A stretch of DNA of 27,527 bases from a virus (IMGVR_UViG_3300017911_000421:1-27527); one strand, 5' to 3'. Shown: positions 9,809 through 18,001, numbered from the stretch's first letter. Notes: a model not told the origin generated them from the letters alone. A program made the numbers and translations.

Positions 9809-10532
9809 TTCAATGACAAGAACAGGAAAGCATGAGCCATGGGAACTACAGGTTTCTCGTGGTCAAATTGCTTTTCACGAAACACTATTTAAGTTTGGTG
9901 AAAATGTTGCTGTTTCCACTACTTTTGAAACTATCTGGACAGGAGGTGGTCTGTACACCTACCCTACATCGGCAGCTAACCTTGGCGTGGTTAGTACAGC
10001 AGCAGCCGATACTACAACTCGTATCAAAGTAATTGGTCTTGATGATGATTACAACGAGATTGAAGAAAAGGTAACAGTCAATGGTACAACAACTGTTACA
10101 ACTAATAGTGAATATTTAAGAGTTTATCGTGCCTATGTGTCAGCAAATGAACCAGCAGGTAATATTAATATTACTCACAGTGGTACACTATCTGCACAAA
10201 TTGTATCAGGCACAAATCAAACACTAATGACTGTGTATACTGTTCCTGCAGGATATACATTGTATGTAGGAAAGGGTCACATTTCTTCTGGTACAGAAAA
10301 TGCTAATAAGTATGTAACTGGGGAGTTTAAGGTAAGACCTTTTGGTGGGGTTTTTAGAACACAAGCAAGAGTAAATCTATCTGCTGACCATATAGACTTT
10401 AATTGGGAATATCCTATTAAGATTACAGAAAAGTCTGATGTAGAAGCAAGAGCAAAGTCTAGCAGTGGGGATCAGGGAGTTGCTGCTTCGTTCCAAGGCG
10501 TTCTTATTAAGAATGAAATACCACCGTCATGA
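9795..10532 (+). CDS. Hypothetical beta-rich protein, probably structural, 245 aa
   Basis: AGAGGA SD; T/S/G/V-rich beta-strand pattern; YTVPAGYTLY motif seen in virion proteins. Confidence 0.55.
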   Translation: MGTPSSMTRTGKHEPWELQVSRGQIAFHETLFKFGENVAVSTTFETIWTGGGLYTYPTSAANLGVVSTAAADTTTRIKVIGLDDDYNEIEEKVTVNGTTTVTTNSEYLRVYRAYVSANEPAGNINITHSGTLSAQIVSGTNQTLMTVYTVPAGYTLYVGKGHISSGTENANKYVTGEFKVRPFGGVFRTQARVNLSADHIDFNWEYPIKITEKSDVEARAKSSSGDQGVAASFQGVLIKNEIPPS

Positions 10533-10565
10533 TTGGTGTATTAATACAATATATAGGAGTAAGAA

Positions 10566-10949
10566 ATGATTACCGCCCTAATAGGACCTATCTCAAACTT
10601 AGCAAGTACTTGGCTAAATGGAAAGGTCGAAGAGAAAAAAGCACAGGCTAGTGCTAAAGTTGCAAAGGCAAAAGCTGAAGCAACTATTATGGAAAAGAAA
10701 GCCACAGGCGAGATTGATTGGGATATTGCCATGGCTGAAGGTAGCAAGCATTCATGGAAAGACGAATGGCTGACCATTCTATTTAGTATTCCACTGATAC
10801 TTGCATTTATTCCCGGCATGGAAGAGGTTGTCAAAAATGGTTTTGAACAACTCAACCAAATGCCGGAATGGTATCAATATAGTTTAGGTGTCATCGTGGC
10901 TGCCAGCTTTGGTGTCCGTAGTGCTACTAAGTTCTTCGGAAGAAAGTAA
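10566..10949 (+). CDS. Holin, GTA 3-TM holin-like
   Basis: AGGAG SD; SWKDEWLTILFSIPLILAFIP...MPEWYQYSLGVIVAASFGVRS pattern; basic C-terminus. Confidence 0.7.
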   Translation: MITALIGPISNLASTWLNGKVEEKKAQASAKVAKAKAEATIMEKKATGEIDWDIAMAEGSKHSWKDEWLTILFSIPLILAFIPGMEEVVKNGFEQLNQMPEWYQYSLGVIVAASFGVRSATKFFGRK

Positions 10950-11411
10950 TTCCGAATCGTCAAAGTACTCTTCATCTGATGGTTCAGGCTCACTAAATTG
11001 TGAGGGGAAAGCCTGTTCCATCAGATCAAACATCTTTTCAAATCCAATCACATGCATAATCCGAATGATCTCTAGTTCAAGAGATTCAGCAGATATTTCT
11101 TCACTATCAGAATTATTACCACGAACACGAGACAAAAGCTCCAGTGCTTTTAGAGCCGTTGTACCGTGTCCTGCATTACGTGCTACCTCATACTGCTTTT
11201 CAATCTCAGAGATAACGTCAATGTCAGTAGACATTTCGTTTTGCAGTTCTTCAATTCGTTCCTGAACCTCAGTTTCTTTTAGAAGTCTGTACCCTTGATT
11301 GTGTGCAGATGATTCACTATACCCTGCATCCTTTGCTGCTTGTGTAGCATTACGATGCAGGATATAGTTCTGACAAAACTCTTCTTGTTTTTCGTTAGGC
11401 AGCTTTGGCAT
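10884..11411 (-). CDS. terS: Terminase small subunit-like HTH protein
   Basis: KQEEFCQNY..HRNATQAAKDAGYSESSAHNQGYRLLK..EVQERIEEL is the Terminase_2 N-terminal signature. Confidence 0.75.
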   Translation of the reverse strand: MPKLPNEKQEEFCQNYILHRNATQAAKDAGYSESSAHNQGYRLLKETEVQERIEELQNEMSTDIDVISEIEKQYEVARNAGHGTTALKALELLSRVRGNNSDSEEISAESLELEIIRIMHVIGFEKMFDLMEQAFPSQFSEPEPSDEEYFDDSELLSSEELSSTTDTKAGSHDDT

Positions 11412-13698
11412 TAATCAAATCCGTGTAGTAAGTTTCAGCACCACGTTTTGATGTAGACCATACTGAGGCACAGAGAGTGTCTTCTCCATGGAAGTTGATA
11501 CCCATATCCATTTCCATTTCGTCAAACAGTTTCTCACAGTCTTGTGCCATAGCCAGAAGCTCACCAGTTGTCCAATACTTATTGCCGTTGTGTTCAACCT
11601 GCATATATTTATTTTTATCTGGTTCAGTTTCTGTACGTTCTCGTTTACGTTCTTCAGTCATGTCACCGTCAATAGAACAATCAAAGCCAAACAGTTCAAA
11701 GTTTCGGAAACCAAGAGTATGACCAATAGCAATCGTTCTCATGGCTGCACAAGTTCCACCAGTAATTAGTGTAGAACCTTCTTCAATACCAGTTGCCTTA
11801 TCCACAACAATTTTATCTGTAACACTCATGTCACGAAGGGCATCAGAGTATGCTTGCCATCCTTTGACATTTGCACCTTTAGACATAAGATACTTTGTAA
11901 CTGAAGGGTCAGTCATTGAAGCAACCAAGAACAATGTTTCATTGTCTATCTTTTCAAACAGGTCTTTACGTTTGATACCATGTGTACTGATACCGTCAAT
12001 AGGACGAGGGTCAAGAATAACACAGGCAAAAGGTTGAATACCATGCTCAAGAAGTTTAGGATAACTATGTTTTACACAAAAGACTTTGCTGTTAGTTTCT
12101 GCAATACGTTTCTTTAGTAAATCAAAGTCAATAGAATGACCACCAGAAACAACGATTGCTGTTTCATTGTTTACCTTACTTGTTTTAATCCAATCAAAGT
12201 CTTCAATCAATTCTTTGTTAGCCAAAACATTGTCAATGATTTCTTGTTTTGGACGAGAATCTCTTGGTGTTACCACGATAGGAACTTTGGTAAACTCTGC
12301 TGGTAGTTTAGGAGTACCTTTCTTCATTGCAACAAATGCAAGATGTGTAACCCCACCACCATAGACAGGATCGGAAGAAGGAAGAATAACTTTAGCATAT
12401 GCTTCAATCTCACCGATAAGTTTGTTTACCCCAAGATTATCTTCATGTGGAAGATTACCTTGTTTGTCCTTTGAGAAGTAATCATCAAAGACAAGAACAG
12501 GAACATGTTTCAAATATGTAAAGTCTGACTTTACAGTTTCATAAGAATGACCACCATCAATGTAAGCAAAGTCTGCTTTCTTCACAGCCTTACAAGCTGC
12601 CAAAGTTTTCTTTGTGTCACCCTTATGAAGTTTAAATGTAAACTTCTTTCCCTGATCTTTCATCTTCAGAGCAAACTCTTCAAGACGAATACCGACAGCC
12701 TCTTTGGAGTTGTGTGCTTTGGTATTCATTTCATACTTGTCAGATTCAGCAGTAGCTTCTTCAAACAAATCAAAGCCAAGATAATGTACCTTGTCAGTGT
12801 GTTCAAAAGCAGCAAGTGCCATCTCAATAGCACGTCCACCATTCCATGTTCCTGTCTCTACAATTGTTTTTGGTTTGTAGAAACGAACAATGTCTGCTAA
12901 TTGCTTGTAACGTTTTGGTCCAACAACATCAGGTGCAACAAGAGTTTTGCTTACCTGCTTCTTCAGATTACCTTTGAAGTGAGTAAAGTATTCAGACAAA
13001 GGAGACTGTGCAAATGCAGCCAAACCTTTTACACCTTCTGACAAGTTGTTGGTTACCATACCGTGTGCTTTGTAGATGTTAAGCAGACGTTCAAAGATAA
13101 ACCCATCATGCCACTCACGATAAGACACAACCTCACCAATGTCGTAACATCCACGAAGGTCTGCAAGAAGACTGCAGGTATTGTGTACACTAAGATTGAA
13201 CCCCATGAAACTTGTCTCACTGTAGTCAGCATCTGTACGTCCAAGATGTACAAGGTCAGCCTTGTCAGGTAACCAACGTGCTAACTTCTCAACGTCAAGT
13301 CGTTTGGTAGTTACTGTGTCTGCATCAAGCCAGATCATCCAGTTGCTTTCGTCTAGTGGATCATCTTCCATCATTTCAAAAGCAAGATCTGTCATGGCAT
13401 AAACTTTATGACACCATTTGATGGCATCTAAACGCCAGTTATAGGGCATCTTACCACCCTCAGTACCGTCATGAAGTTTCATACGTTCACGATACTGCAA
13501 CATCTCTGGGATGTCGTTTAGATTCCTGTAAGAAATACTATCAGAAACAGGAGCATCAACACTCGAAATGTCAAAGTCGTGATAGTACGCAATAAGTTTA
13601 AAGTGTTTCGGATTCCATTTTTCCTTAACACTTTCGAGCATTGTTTTAGCATACTCGTGGTATCCTTTCTCACTGAAAGAGGTTACAAATACATACAT
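11395..13698 (-). CDS. Three-domain protein: GT-A glycosyltransferase + class I SAM methyltransferase + Maf/DUF115 (MptE-like) domain, 767 aa
   Basis: N-terminal WLDADT (DxD), HKVYA, EWHDGFIF, HFKG. Middle ETGTWNGG, GFDLF, IDGGHSYETV, VFDDY (Methyltransf_24-like). C-terminal IVVSGGHS, GIQPFACVILDPRP, GGT...LGFRNFELFGFDCS. Confidence 0.75.
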   Translation of the reverse strand: MYVFVTSFSEKGYHEYAKTMLESVKEKWNPKHFKLIAYYHDFDISSVDAPVSDSISYRNLNDIPEMLQYRERMKLHDGTEGGKMPYNWRLDAIKWCHKVYAMTDLAFEMMEDDPLDESNWMIWLDADTVTTKRLDVEKLARWLPDKADLVHLGRTDADYSETSFMGFNLSVHNTCSLLADLRGCYDIGEVVSYREWHDGFIFERLLNIYKAHGMVTNNLSEGVKGLAAFAQSPLSEYFTHFKGNLKKQVSKTLVAPDVVGPKRYKQLADIVRFYKPKTIVETGTWNGGRAIEMALAAFEHTDKVHYLGFDLFEEATAESDKYEMNTKAHNSKEAVGIRLEEFALKMKDQGKKFTFKLHKGDTKKTLAACKAVKKADFAYIDGGHSYETVKSDFTYLKHVPVLVFDDYFSKDKQGNLPHEDNLGVNKLIGEIEAYAKVILPSSDPVYGGGVTHLAFVAMKKGTPKLPAEFTKVPIVVTPRDSRPKQEIIDNVLANKELIEDFDWIKTSKVNNETAIVVSGGHSIDFDLLKKRIAETNSKVFCVKHSYPKLLEHGIQPFACVILDPRPIDGISTHGIKRKDLFEKIDNETLFLVASMTDPSVTKYLMSKGANVKGWQAYSDALRDMSVTDKIVVDKATGIEEGSTLITGGTCAAMRTIAIGHTLGFRNFELFGFDCSIDGDMTEERKRERTETEPDKNKYMQVEHNGNKYWTTGELLAMAQDCEKLFDEMEMDMGINFHGEDTLCASVWSTSKRGAETYYTDLINAKAA

Positions 13699-14474
13699 TA
13701 AAATATATCTCCCATTAGTTTTTCATTCATGAGTTGGCTACGAAGTGATTGCCATTCTCCTGCATAGTTAATATCAGATTGGCGTTTAGCTTCCCATGCA
13801 TCAAACCAAGGACCACCTGTAGTAAAGTGAACATTCTTTGGGTTTACATGTTCAGGTGACCAATCATCTAGCCAGTTCCATTCTTCGTCTATGTGTCCAA
13901 TCTCGTCATTCTGCAACCAAGAAAGACCATGCAGCCAAGAGCCTGTCTTTACGTTTGCATCGTCTACTGTAAGTTTTAGGTTAGCAGCATGAGAACAGTT
14001 CCATAGCATGAAACTAGACCAGTTCTTTCGGTTATATGTTTGCTGTACTTGACCATCCATCTTCACTGTCTTAGTGGGATTGTAATCATGTTTGACACAC
14101 TGAATGGCATATTCTGTATTCCTTGTATACTTATCAAACAGTTCACCAATATCTGCACGAAGCATCATGTCAGAATCCATAAACAAAGCCCAGCCATCAT
14201 ACTGGTTCAAAGCAGGGATAAGAAAACGACTGAAGGTAAACTGAGTGCTGAAAGGCCTACCATCAGTCTCGTCCACCATTACACGTTTGCCATCAACAGT
14301 ATCAAGCCTAGCAGCCCTGCGATAGAGACCTGCTCTACGAAGTGCAGGTTGTACAAGTGGTATGATATTATATTCTTTATTGTATTTAAGAATCGAGTAA
14401 CGAAGAACTTCATAAGCATCCCTTTCTCTCTCGTCATACCCAATGTAGATTGTGTGTTGTTTAGGTAAAAACAT
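13698..14474 (-). CDS. Glycosyltransferase, GT-A/GT8-like, 258 aa
   Basis: IYIGYD, STQFTFSRFLIP, FMDSDM (DxD), RKNWSSFMLWNC, WNWL, HFTTGGPW; AGGAG SD; TAATG coupled to the 767-aa gene. Confidence 0.85.
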   Translation of the reverse strand: MFLPKQHTIYIGYDERERDAYEVLRYSILKYNKEYNIIPLVQPALRRAGLYRRAARLDTVDGKRVMVDETDGRPFSTQFTFSRFLIPALNQYDGWALFMDSDMMLRADIGELFDKYTRNTEYAIQCVKHDYNPTKTVKMDGQVQQTYNRKNWSSFMLWNCSHAANLKLTVDDANVKTGSWLHGLSWLQNDEIGHIDEEWNWLDDWSPEHVNPKNVHFTTGGPWFDAWEAKRQSDINYAGEWQSLRSQLMNEKLMGDIF

Positions 14475-14479
14475 TTACA

Positions 14480-14716
14480 TCAGATCTCCTCATTATCATC
14501 CATATCAAAATAAGTTGATAACACATCTAACTTATCTTCATAGTCGGCAATATGCCCTAGTTCAATTTCAATTGCTTCTTGAATGTCCTGATGCTCACCA
14601 ATCCCAGCAGGTCGATCAAGAAGAACTTCTACGTTAGCCACATGCTTTTGAACATGACCATGTAAATGAGCATGTTGAGCTTTTATTAGTTTATTACGAA
14701 GTGTGTCCATTGTCAA
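14480..14716 (-). CDS. Conserved marine-phage hypothetical protein (PAGIGEH motif), about 78 aa
   Basis: ANVEVLLDRPAGIGEHQDIQEAIEIEL..IADYEDKL. TTG start overlaps the DUF1127 stop with GAGG SD; alternative ATG at 14710. Confidence 0.7.
   Translation of the reverse strand: MTMDTLRNKLIKAQHAHLHGHVQKHVANVEVLLDRPAGIGEHQDIQEAIEIELGHIADYEDKLDVLSTYFDMDDNEEI
14688..14716 (-). promoter_or_regulatory. Possible sigma70 promoter facing the glycosylation locus
   Basis: TTGACA(14716-14711)-17 nt-TAAACT(14693-14688). It is intragenic and could be a chance match. Confidence 0.35.
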
Positions 14717-14910
14717 GTCTTTTTTCCTCTCTGAAGTTTGTGCTCATTTGTATACACAAGATTGTCAATATCTCCACGAGAGATACCAATATCTTTTAGT
14801 TGTCTATCACTCAGCCTGTTGAGGTCACGAATAATTCTTCGTGTGTCACGCCAATCAATAACGTATCGAACAAACCTGACAAACATACTTTGTAAAAGTT
14901 TATCTGTCAT
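14713..14910 (-). CDS. DUF1127 (YjiS-like) small protein, 65 aa (start moved to 14910)
   Basis: WRDTRRIIRDLNRLSDRQLKDIGISRGDI is the DUF1127 signature; AAGGAG SD before ATG 14910. Confidence 0.88.
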   Translation of the reverse strand: MTDKLLQSMFVRFVRYVIDWRDTRRIIRDLNRLSDRQLKDIGISRGDIDNLVYTNEHKLQRGKKT

Positions 14911-15040
14911 CTTCTTTCTCCTTTTCCTTTTTAAGTTTCTGCCATTCCTCATAACAAGGATGGCTTCGTGGTGGATTGTAAATGATAGCATCCCCCTGAC
15001 GTTGCCAGATTAATGGTTGCTTACTCTTCTTTTTTGTCAT
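14900..15040 (-). CDS. Hypothetical basic protein, 46 aa (MTKKKSKQPLIWQRQGDAIIYNPPRSHPCYEEWQKLKKEKEKEDDR)
   Basis: Fills the gap between neighbouring genes and overlaps both. Start is uncertain. Confidence 0.5.
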   Translation of the reverse strand: MTKKKSKQPLIWQRQGDAIIYNPPRSHPCYEEWQKLKKEKEKEDDR

Positions 15041-15176
15041 CCAGTGCATCCAAAGCAGATTTAATATACATGCTACGCATATTTTCGTCAAGTACTTTAC
15101 GTACTTTTCTTACCTCTAGGATAAGTACGCCAATCATGCACCATATTCCAAATAACATAAGTATCACACCATTCAT
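15021..15176 (-). CDS. Small single-TM protein, 51 aa (MNGVILMLFGIWCMIGVLILEVRKVRKVLDENMRSMYIKSALDALDDKKEE)
   Basis: Manually translated. GAGGAAGGA SD, ATGA overlap with the upstream stop, N-terminal TM followed by basic residues. Confidence 0.7.
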   Translation of the reverse strand: MNGVILMLFGIWCMIGVLILEVRKVRKVLDENMRSMYIKSALDALDDKKEE

Positions 15177-15292
15177 GCTTTAAACTTCCTTCCTCTAAAA
15201 AAGACTATCAAGTTAACAACAGTATTAATGGTAATGGCAGAGAGTATCCACCATTGCCACCACAACAAATCGAAACCACTACATTCAATCAT
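15173..15292 (-). CDS. Small Trp-rich single-TM protein, 39 aa (MIECSGFDLLWWQWWILSAITINTVVNLIVFFRGRKFKA)
   Basis: Manually translated. ATGA overlap with the thyX stop and with the next start; TM followed by a basic tail. Confidence 0.7.
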   Translation of the reverse strand: MIECSGFDLLWWQWWILSAITINTVVNLIVFFRGRKFKA

Positions 15293-15906
15293 TTTCTCAA
15301 TGCTTCCCAGCTATGTGGAAATAGTTCGTAACAGTGTTCGTCAATTTCATTTGCAATGTACGATGTTTCAAGTTGTGAGTTTTCATCAAGCCTTTGGTTA
15401 CACACCCTTGCAAAAGCATACAAACTTCCTGACCAATACCACTCTGTGTAAGTGGATTGTGGCAATACCATACGAGCCATCTCAGGTGCTACACCCTCTG
15501 CAATTAAGCCATTATAATAGCCTACTAACTCAGACATAGCCCTGATATATGTGGTGTTATTTACTTCAACTTCACCATCACTACCCTGCTTCACATTATC
15601 TGGTCTGCCTCGCCATATTTCTGGCTCACAAAACTCAGGCTCACTGTCTACATATCTACGAGATACCTCATTCCACGATAATCCTACCTGATGCTTACCT
15701 AATTGTCTTGCAACAAAGATAGGTGCTTTGATACGAAACTGTAGAAAGGCATGGCTAAAAGGTGACCAGTGATTGTGCTTTGCAAGATACTTAATTAGTT
15801 TTATATCTTTGTCAGAAAGACTAGAGGATGTCTTATCAAAAGACACCCTCGCAGCATTGACTACCGTTAGGTCACTACCCATACTGTCAACTAAGTCTAC
15901 TTTCAT
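15289..15906 (-). CDS. thyX: FAD-dependent thymidylate synthase
   Basis: VVNAARVS, HWSPF, APIFVARQLGKHQ...NEVSRRY, PEMARMVLPQS, R....SQLET. Confidence 0.95.
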   Translation of the reverse strand: MKVDLVDSMGSDLTVVNAARVSFDKTSSSLSDKDIKLIKYLAKHNHWSPFSHAFLQFRIKAPIFVARQLGKHQVGLSWNEVSRRYVDSEPEFCEPEIWRGRPDNVKQGSDGEVEVNNTTYIRAMSELVGYYNGLIAEGVAPEMARMVLPQSTYTEWYWSGSLYAFARVCNQRLDENSQLETSYIANEIDEHCYELFPHSWEALRK

Positions 15907-16064
15907 TCTTGCTCCTTTTCTTCAATATAATTTTTAAGAAGGGAGATGAGGCCAGCCTCTATGAGCATGGCTTGTGCTTGTGTGCACATATCAAGATGCA
16001 TTGTTGCTGAACCATCTTCGTGTTCAATCATCTCAACCACTTTGATTTCAACTACATCACTCAT
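15903..16064 (-). CDS. Hypothetical protein, 53 aa (MSDVVEIKVVEMIEHEDGSATMHLDMCTQAQAMLIEAGLISLLKNYIEEKEQE)
   Basis: Manually translated. ATGA overlaps with both the nrdJ stop and the thyX start; EHEDGSA motif. Confidence 0.75.
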   Translation of the reverse strand: MSDVVEIKVVEMIEHEDGSATMHLDMCTQAQAMLIEAGLISLLKNYIEEKEQE

Positions 16065-18001
16065 GCTGCAGTTAAGTCCACTACTTCACAAACGCCAGCA
16101 GTACATGCCAACTCACGTCCACCTGATGTAGTGTCTTCCTTCTCAAACTCCTGCAACAAAGTCCAATCAATTTTTGCTGGCATCTGACTACACATATCTG
16201 TGTACTCTTCTTTGTTACAGTCTTGGTAAGGTGCTTGCTTGTAAGTGTGTTCACTAAATGGCAAGAAACTAATTCCAGATACGTCATCAAAGTGTTCGTA
16301 TACCCATGAACCTACTTCCATCCACTCGTCTTCTTTTACTGAGATGGTGACCGAAGGTTTATGCTCACACCAATACTTTTGATAAAGCAGCCACAACTCA
16401 AGTTGCTCAATGGCAGTCATATCGTTACGTGTAACGGCAGTAGATGGTGACTGCATTGGAAAACTAAATACAGTTGTGCTTTCTGGTTTCATGACATCAG
16501 GTTCATTTGGAATGTCCTGTGAAATCATGAACTGTGTCAATGGATCTTTGTTGTCGCCACGAACAGTACGAATGTAGTAAGGATTGTGTCGGGCATGGAT
16601 GCCTGATGCACTATCTACCAACTGTGATACTGTACCTGATGGCTTAACACAGGTGATTGCAGCCGACTGATTGATGCCAAGTTCTTCAGCCATTTCTTTG
16701 TTTGTGTCGATTGCAATGTCACGAAGTGTTTCTAGTGTCTGACCAATGTTCATACCCATGTGGGATGACTTGCCAGAAAGAAGTTGGTTATCCATGATGC
16801 CAGTAAGAGACACACCGAGAAGACGTTCTTCCTCTGTGTTATTCTTCCAAATCTTACGAAGGTATTTAAAGTCCGTCAGAGTGGCTTGGAATGTACCAAG
16901 TATGGTTGCCAGCCGAACCTTGTCAACCAGTGTCTGGTGGGTATCAGAAGCCCGAACAACCACCTCTGAAAGATTACAGAACTGATATGGACGAAGGATA
17001 ATCTCAGAGCAAGGATTACAACCGAAGTCGTGGTCAGCATCACGTCTGCCATTCTTGGATGCTTGCATTTTTGCAGATTGCCTGTTAAATATACCACGTT
17101 CACCTGACTTTGATTCGTACAGTGACAACCATTCACGCATGAATGTACCCATCTGTGGCTTCTCTTTGTATGCTACAGAGTTGTTTGCCAGAGCACGTTG
17201 GCCTTCATGTTCCCACCACTGACCTGACTTAGCATGTGCCATCTGGTCATCGTTAAGATTAGACAGGCTGATCAAAGCAGAACGGCGTACACCACCGACA
17301 ACTACAACCTCACCAATCTTACACATGATGTCATGGCATTCGATTGGGTACAGTCTACGTCCAGCAGCACCCTTGAACTTCTCTACACAGAACTCAAACA
17401 GTTCTACGAGAGGGGCAGGACCTGATGCACGTCCACCAAATGTTTTCAGTCGTGCACCAGCAGGACGAACCTCTGATACATCCCACTGAGGGATCTGACC
17501 TGCGTACAGCATGGCAATAAGTTCACGAAGAGACTTAGCCCAGCCGGGACGTGAATCACCAACCTTGATTACTGTGTCAGTTTCATGGAATGATTCATTT
17601 ACGATTGGCAACTTTTCTACATGGTGCCGTTCAACTGAGAACCCTACACCTGTGCCACACATTAGAATGTACATTGTTTCGTCAAAGGCACGAGGGCTAT
17701 CTACAGGCAGATACGAACAGTTGTACCCACCAACATGACACCGATCCAAAGCAGGACCAGAAGTCATGAGTGCTCTCATGCTTGGCATAATGTCTTGATT
17801 GAGAACTGCATCTTCTAGTTCTGCACGTGTCATATCATCAAGAACATATTTATGATTTTTATATAAATGATTTTTCATATAGTCGAAATACCGTGCCACT
17901 GTTTCAGGCCAAGTTTCACGGCGTTGTTCATCCTCTTTCCATCGTGCATAACGAGAAAGAGCAATGAAGTTTTGATAGTCAGTTGGTAGATAATTATTCA
18001 T
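16061..18001 (-). CDS. nrdJ: Class II adenosylcobalamin-dependent ribonucleotide reductase (monomeric type)
   Basis: MPSMRALM, YNC, GGVRRSA, NPCSEI, CNLSE, TCVKPSGTVSQL, C-terminal CTAGVC; no beta-subunit gene nearby. Confidence 0.93.
   Translation of the reverse strand: MNNYLPTDYQNFIALSRYARWKEDEQRRETWPETVARYFDYMKNHLYKNHKYVLDDMTRAELEDAVLNQDIMPSMRALMTSGPALDRCHVGGYNCSYLPVDSPRAFDETMYILMCGTGVGFSVERHHVEKLPIVNESFHETDTVIKVGDSRPGWAKSLRELIAMLYAGQIPQWDVSEVRPAGARLKTFGGRASGPAPLVELFEFCVEKFKGAAGRRLYPIECHDIMCKIGEVVVVGGVRRSALISLSNLNDDQMAHAKSGQWWEHEGQRALANNSVAYKEKPQMGTFMREWLSLYESKSGERGIFNRQSAKMQASKNGRRDADHDFGCNPCSEIILRPYQFCNLSEVVVRASDTHQTLVDKVRLATILGTFQATLTDFKYLRKIWKNNTEEERLLGVSLTGIMDNQLLSGKSSHMGMNIGQTLETLRDIAIDTNKEMAEELGINQSAAITCVKPSGTVSQLVDSASGIHARHNPYYIRTVRGDNKDPLTQFMISQDIPNEPDVMKPESTTVFSFPMQSPSTAVTRNDMTAIEQLELWLLYQKYWCEHKPSVTISVKEDEWMEVGSWVYEHFDDVSGISFLPFSEHTYKQAPYQDCNKEEYTDMCSQMPAKIDWTLLQEFEKEDTTSGGRELACTAGVCEVVDLTAA

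Noticed and set aside
10529-10651. 40-aa ORF starting at an ATGA overlap, and a 12-bp palindrome TGTATTAATACA (10537-10548)
   Set aside because: The ORF runs out of frame over the holin start with no SD or recognisable features. An AT-rich 12-bp palindrome can occur by chance and I saw no second copy.
11395-14474. DNA hypermodification as the default role of the glycosyltransferases
   Set aside because: Not excluded, but not adopted: no hydroxymethylase or other base-handle enzyme is visible in the window, ThyX implies ordinary dTMP, and restriction-site avoidance appears to persist.
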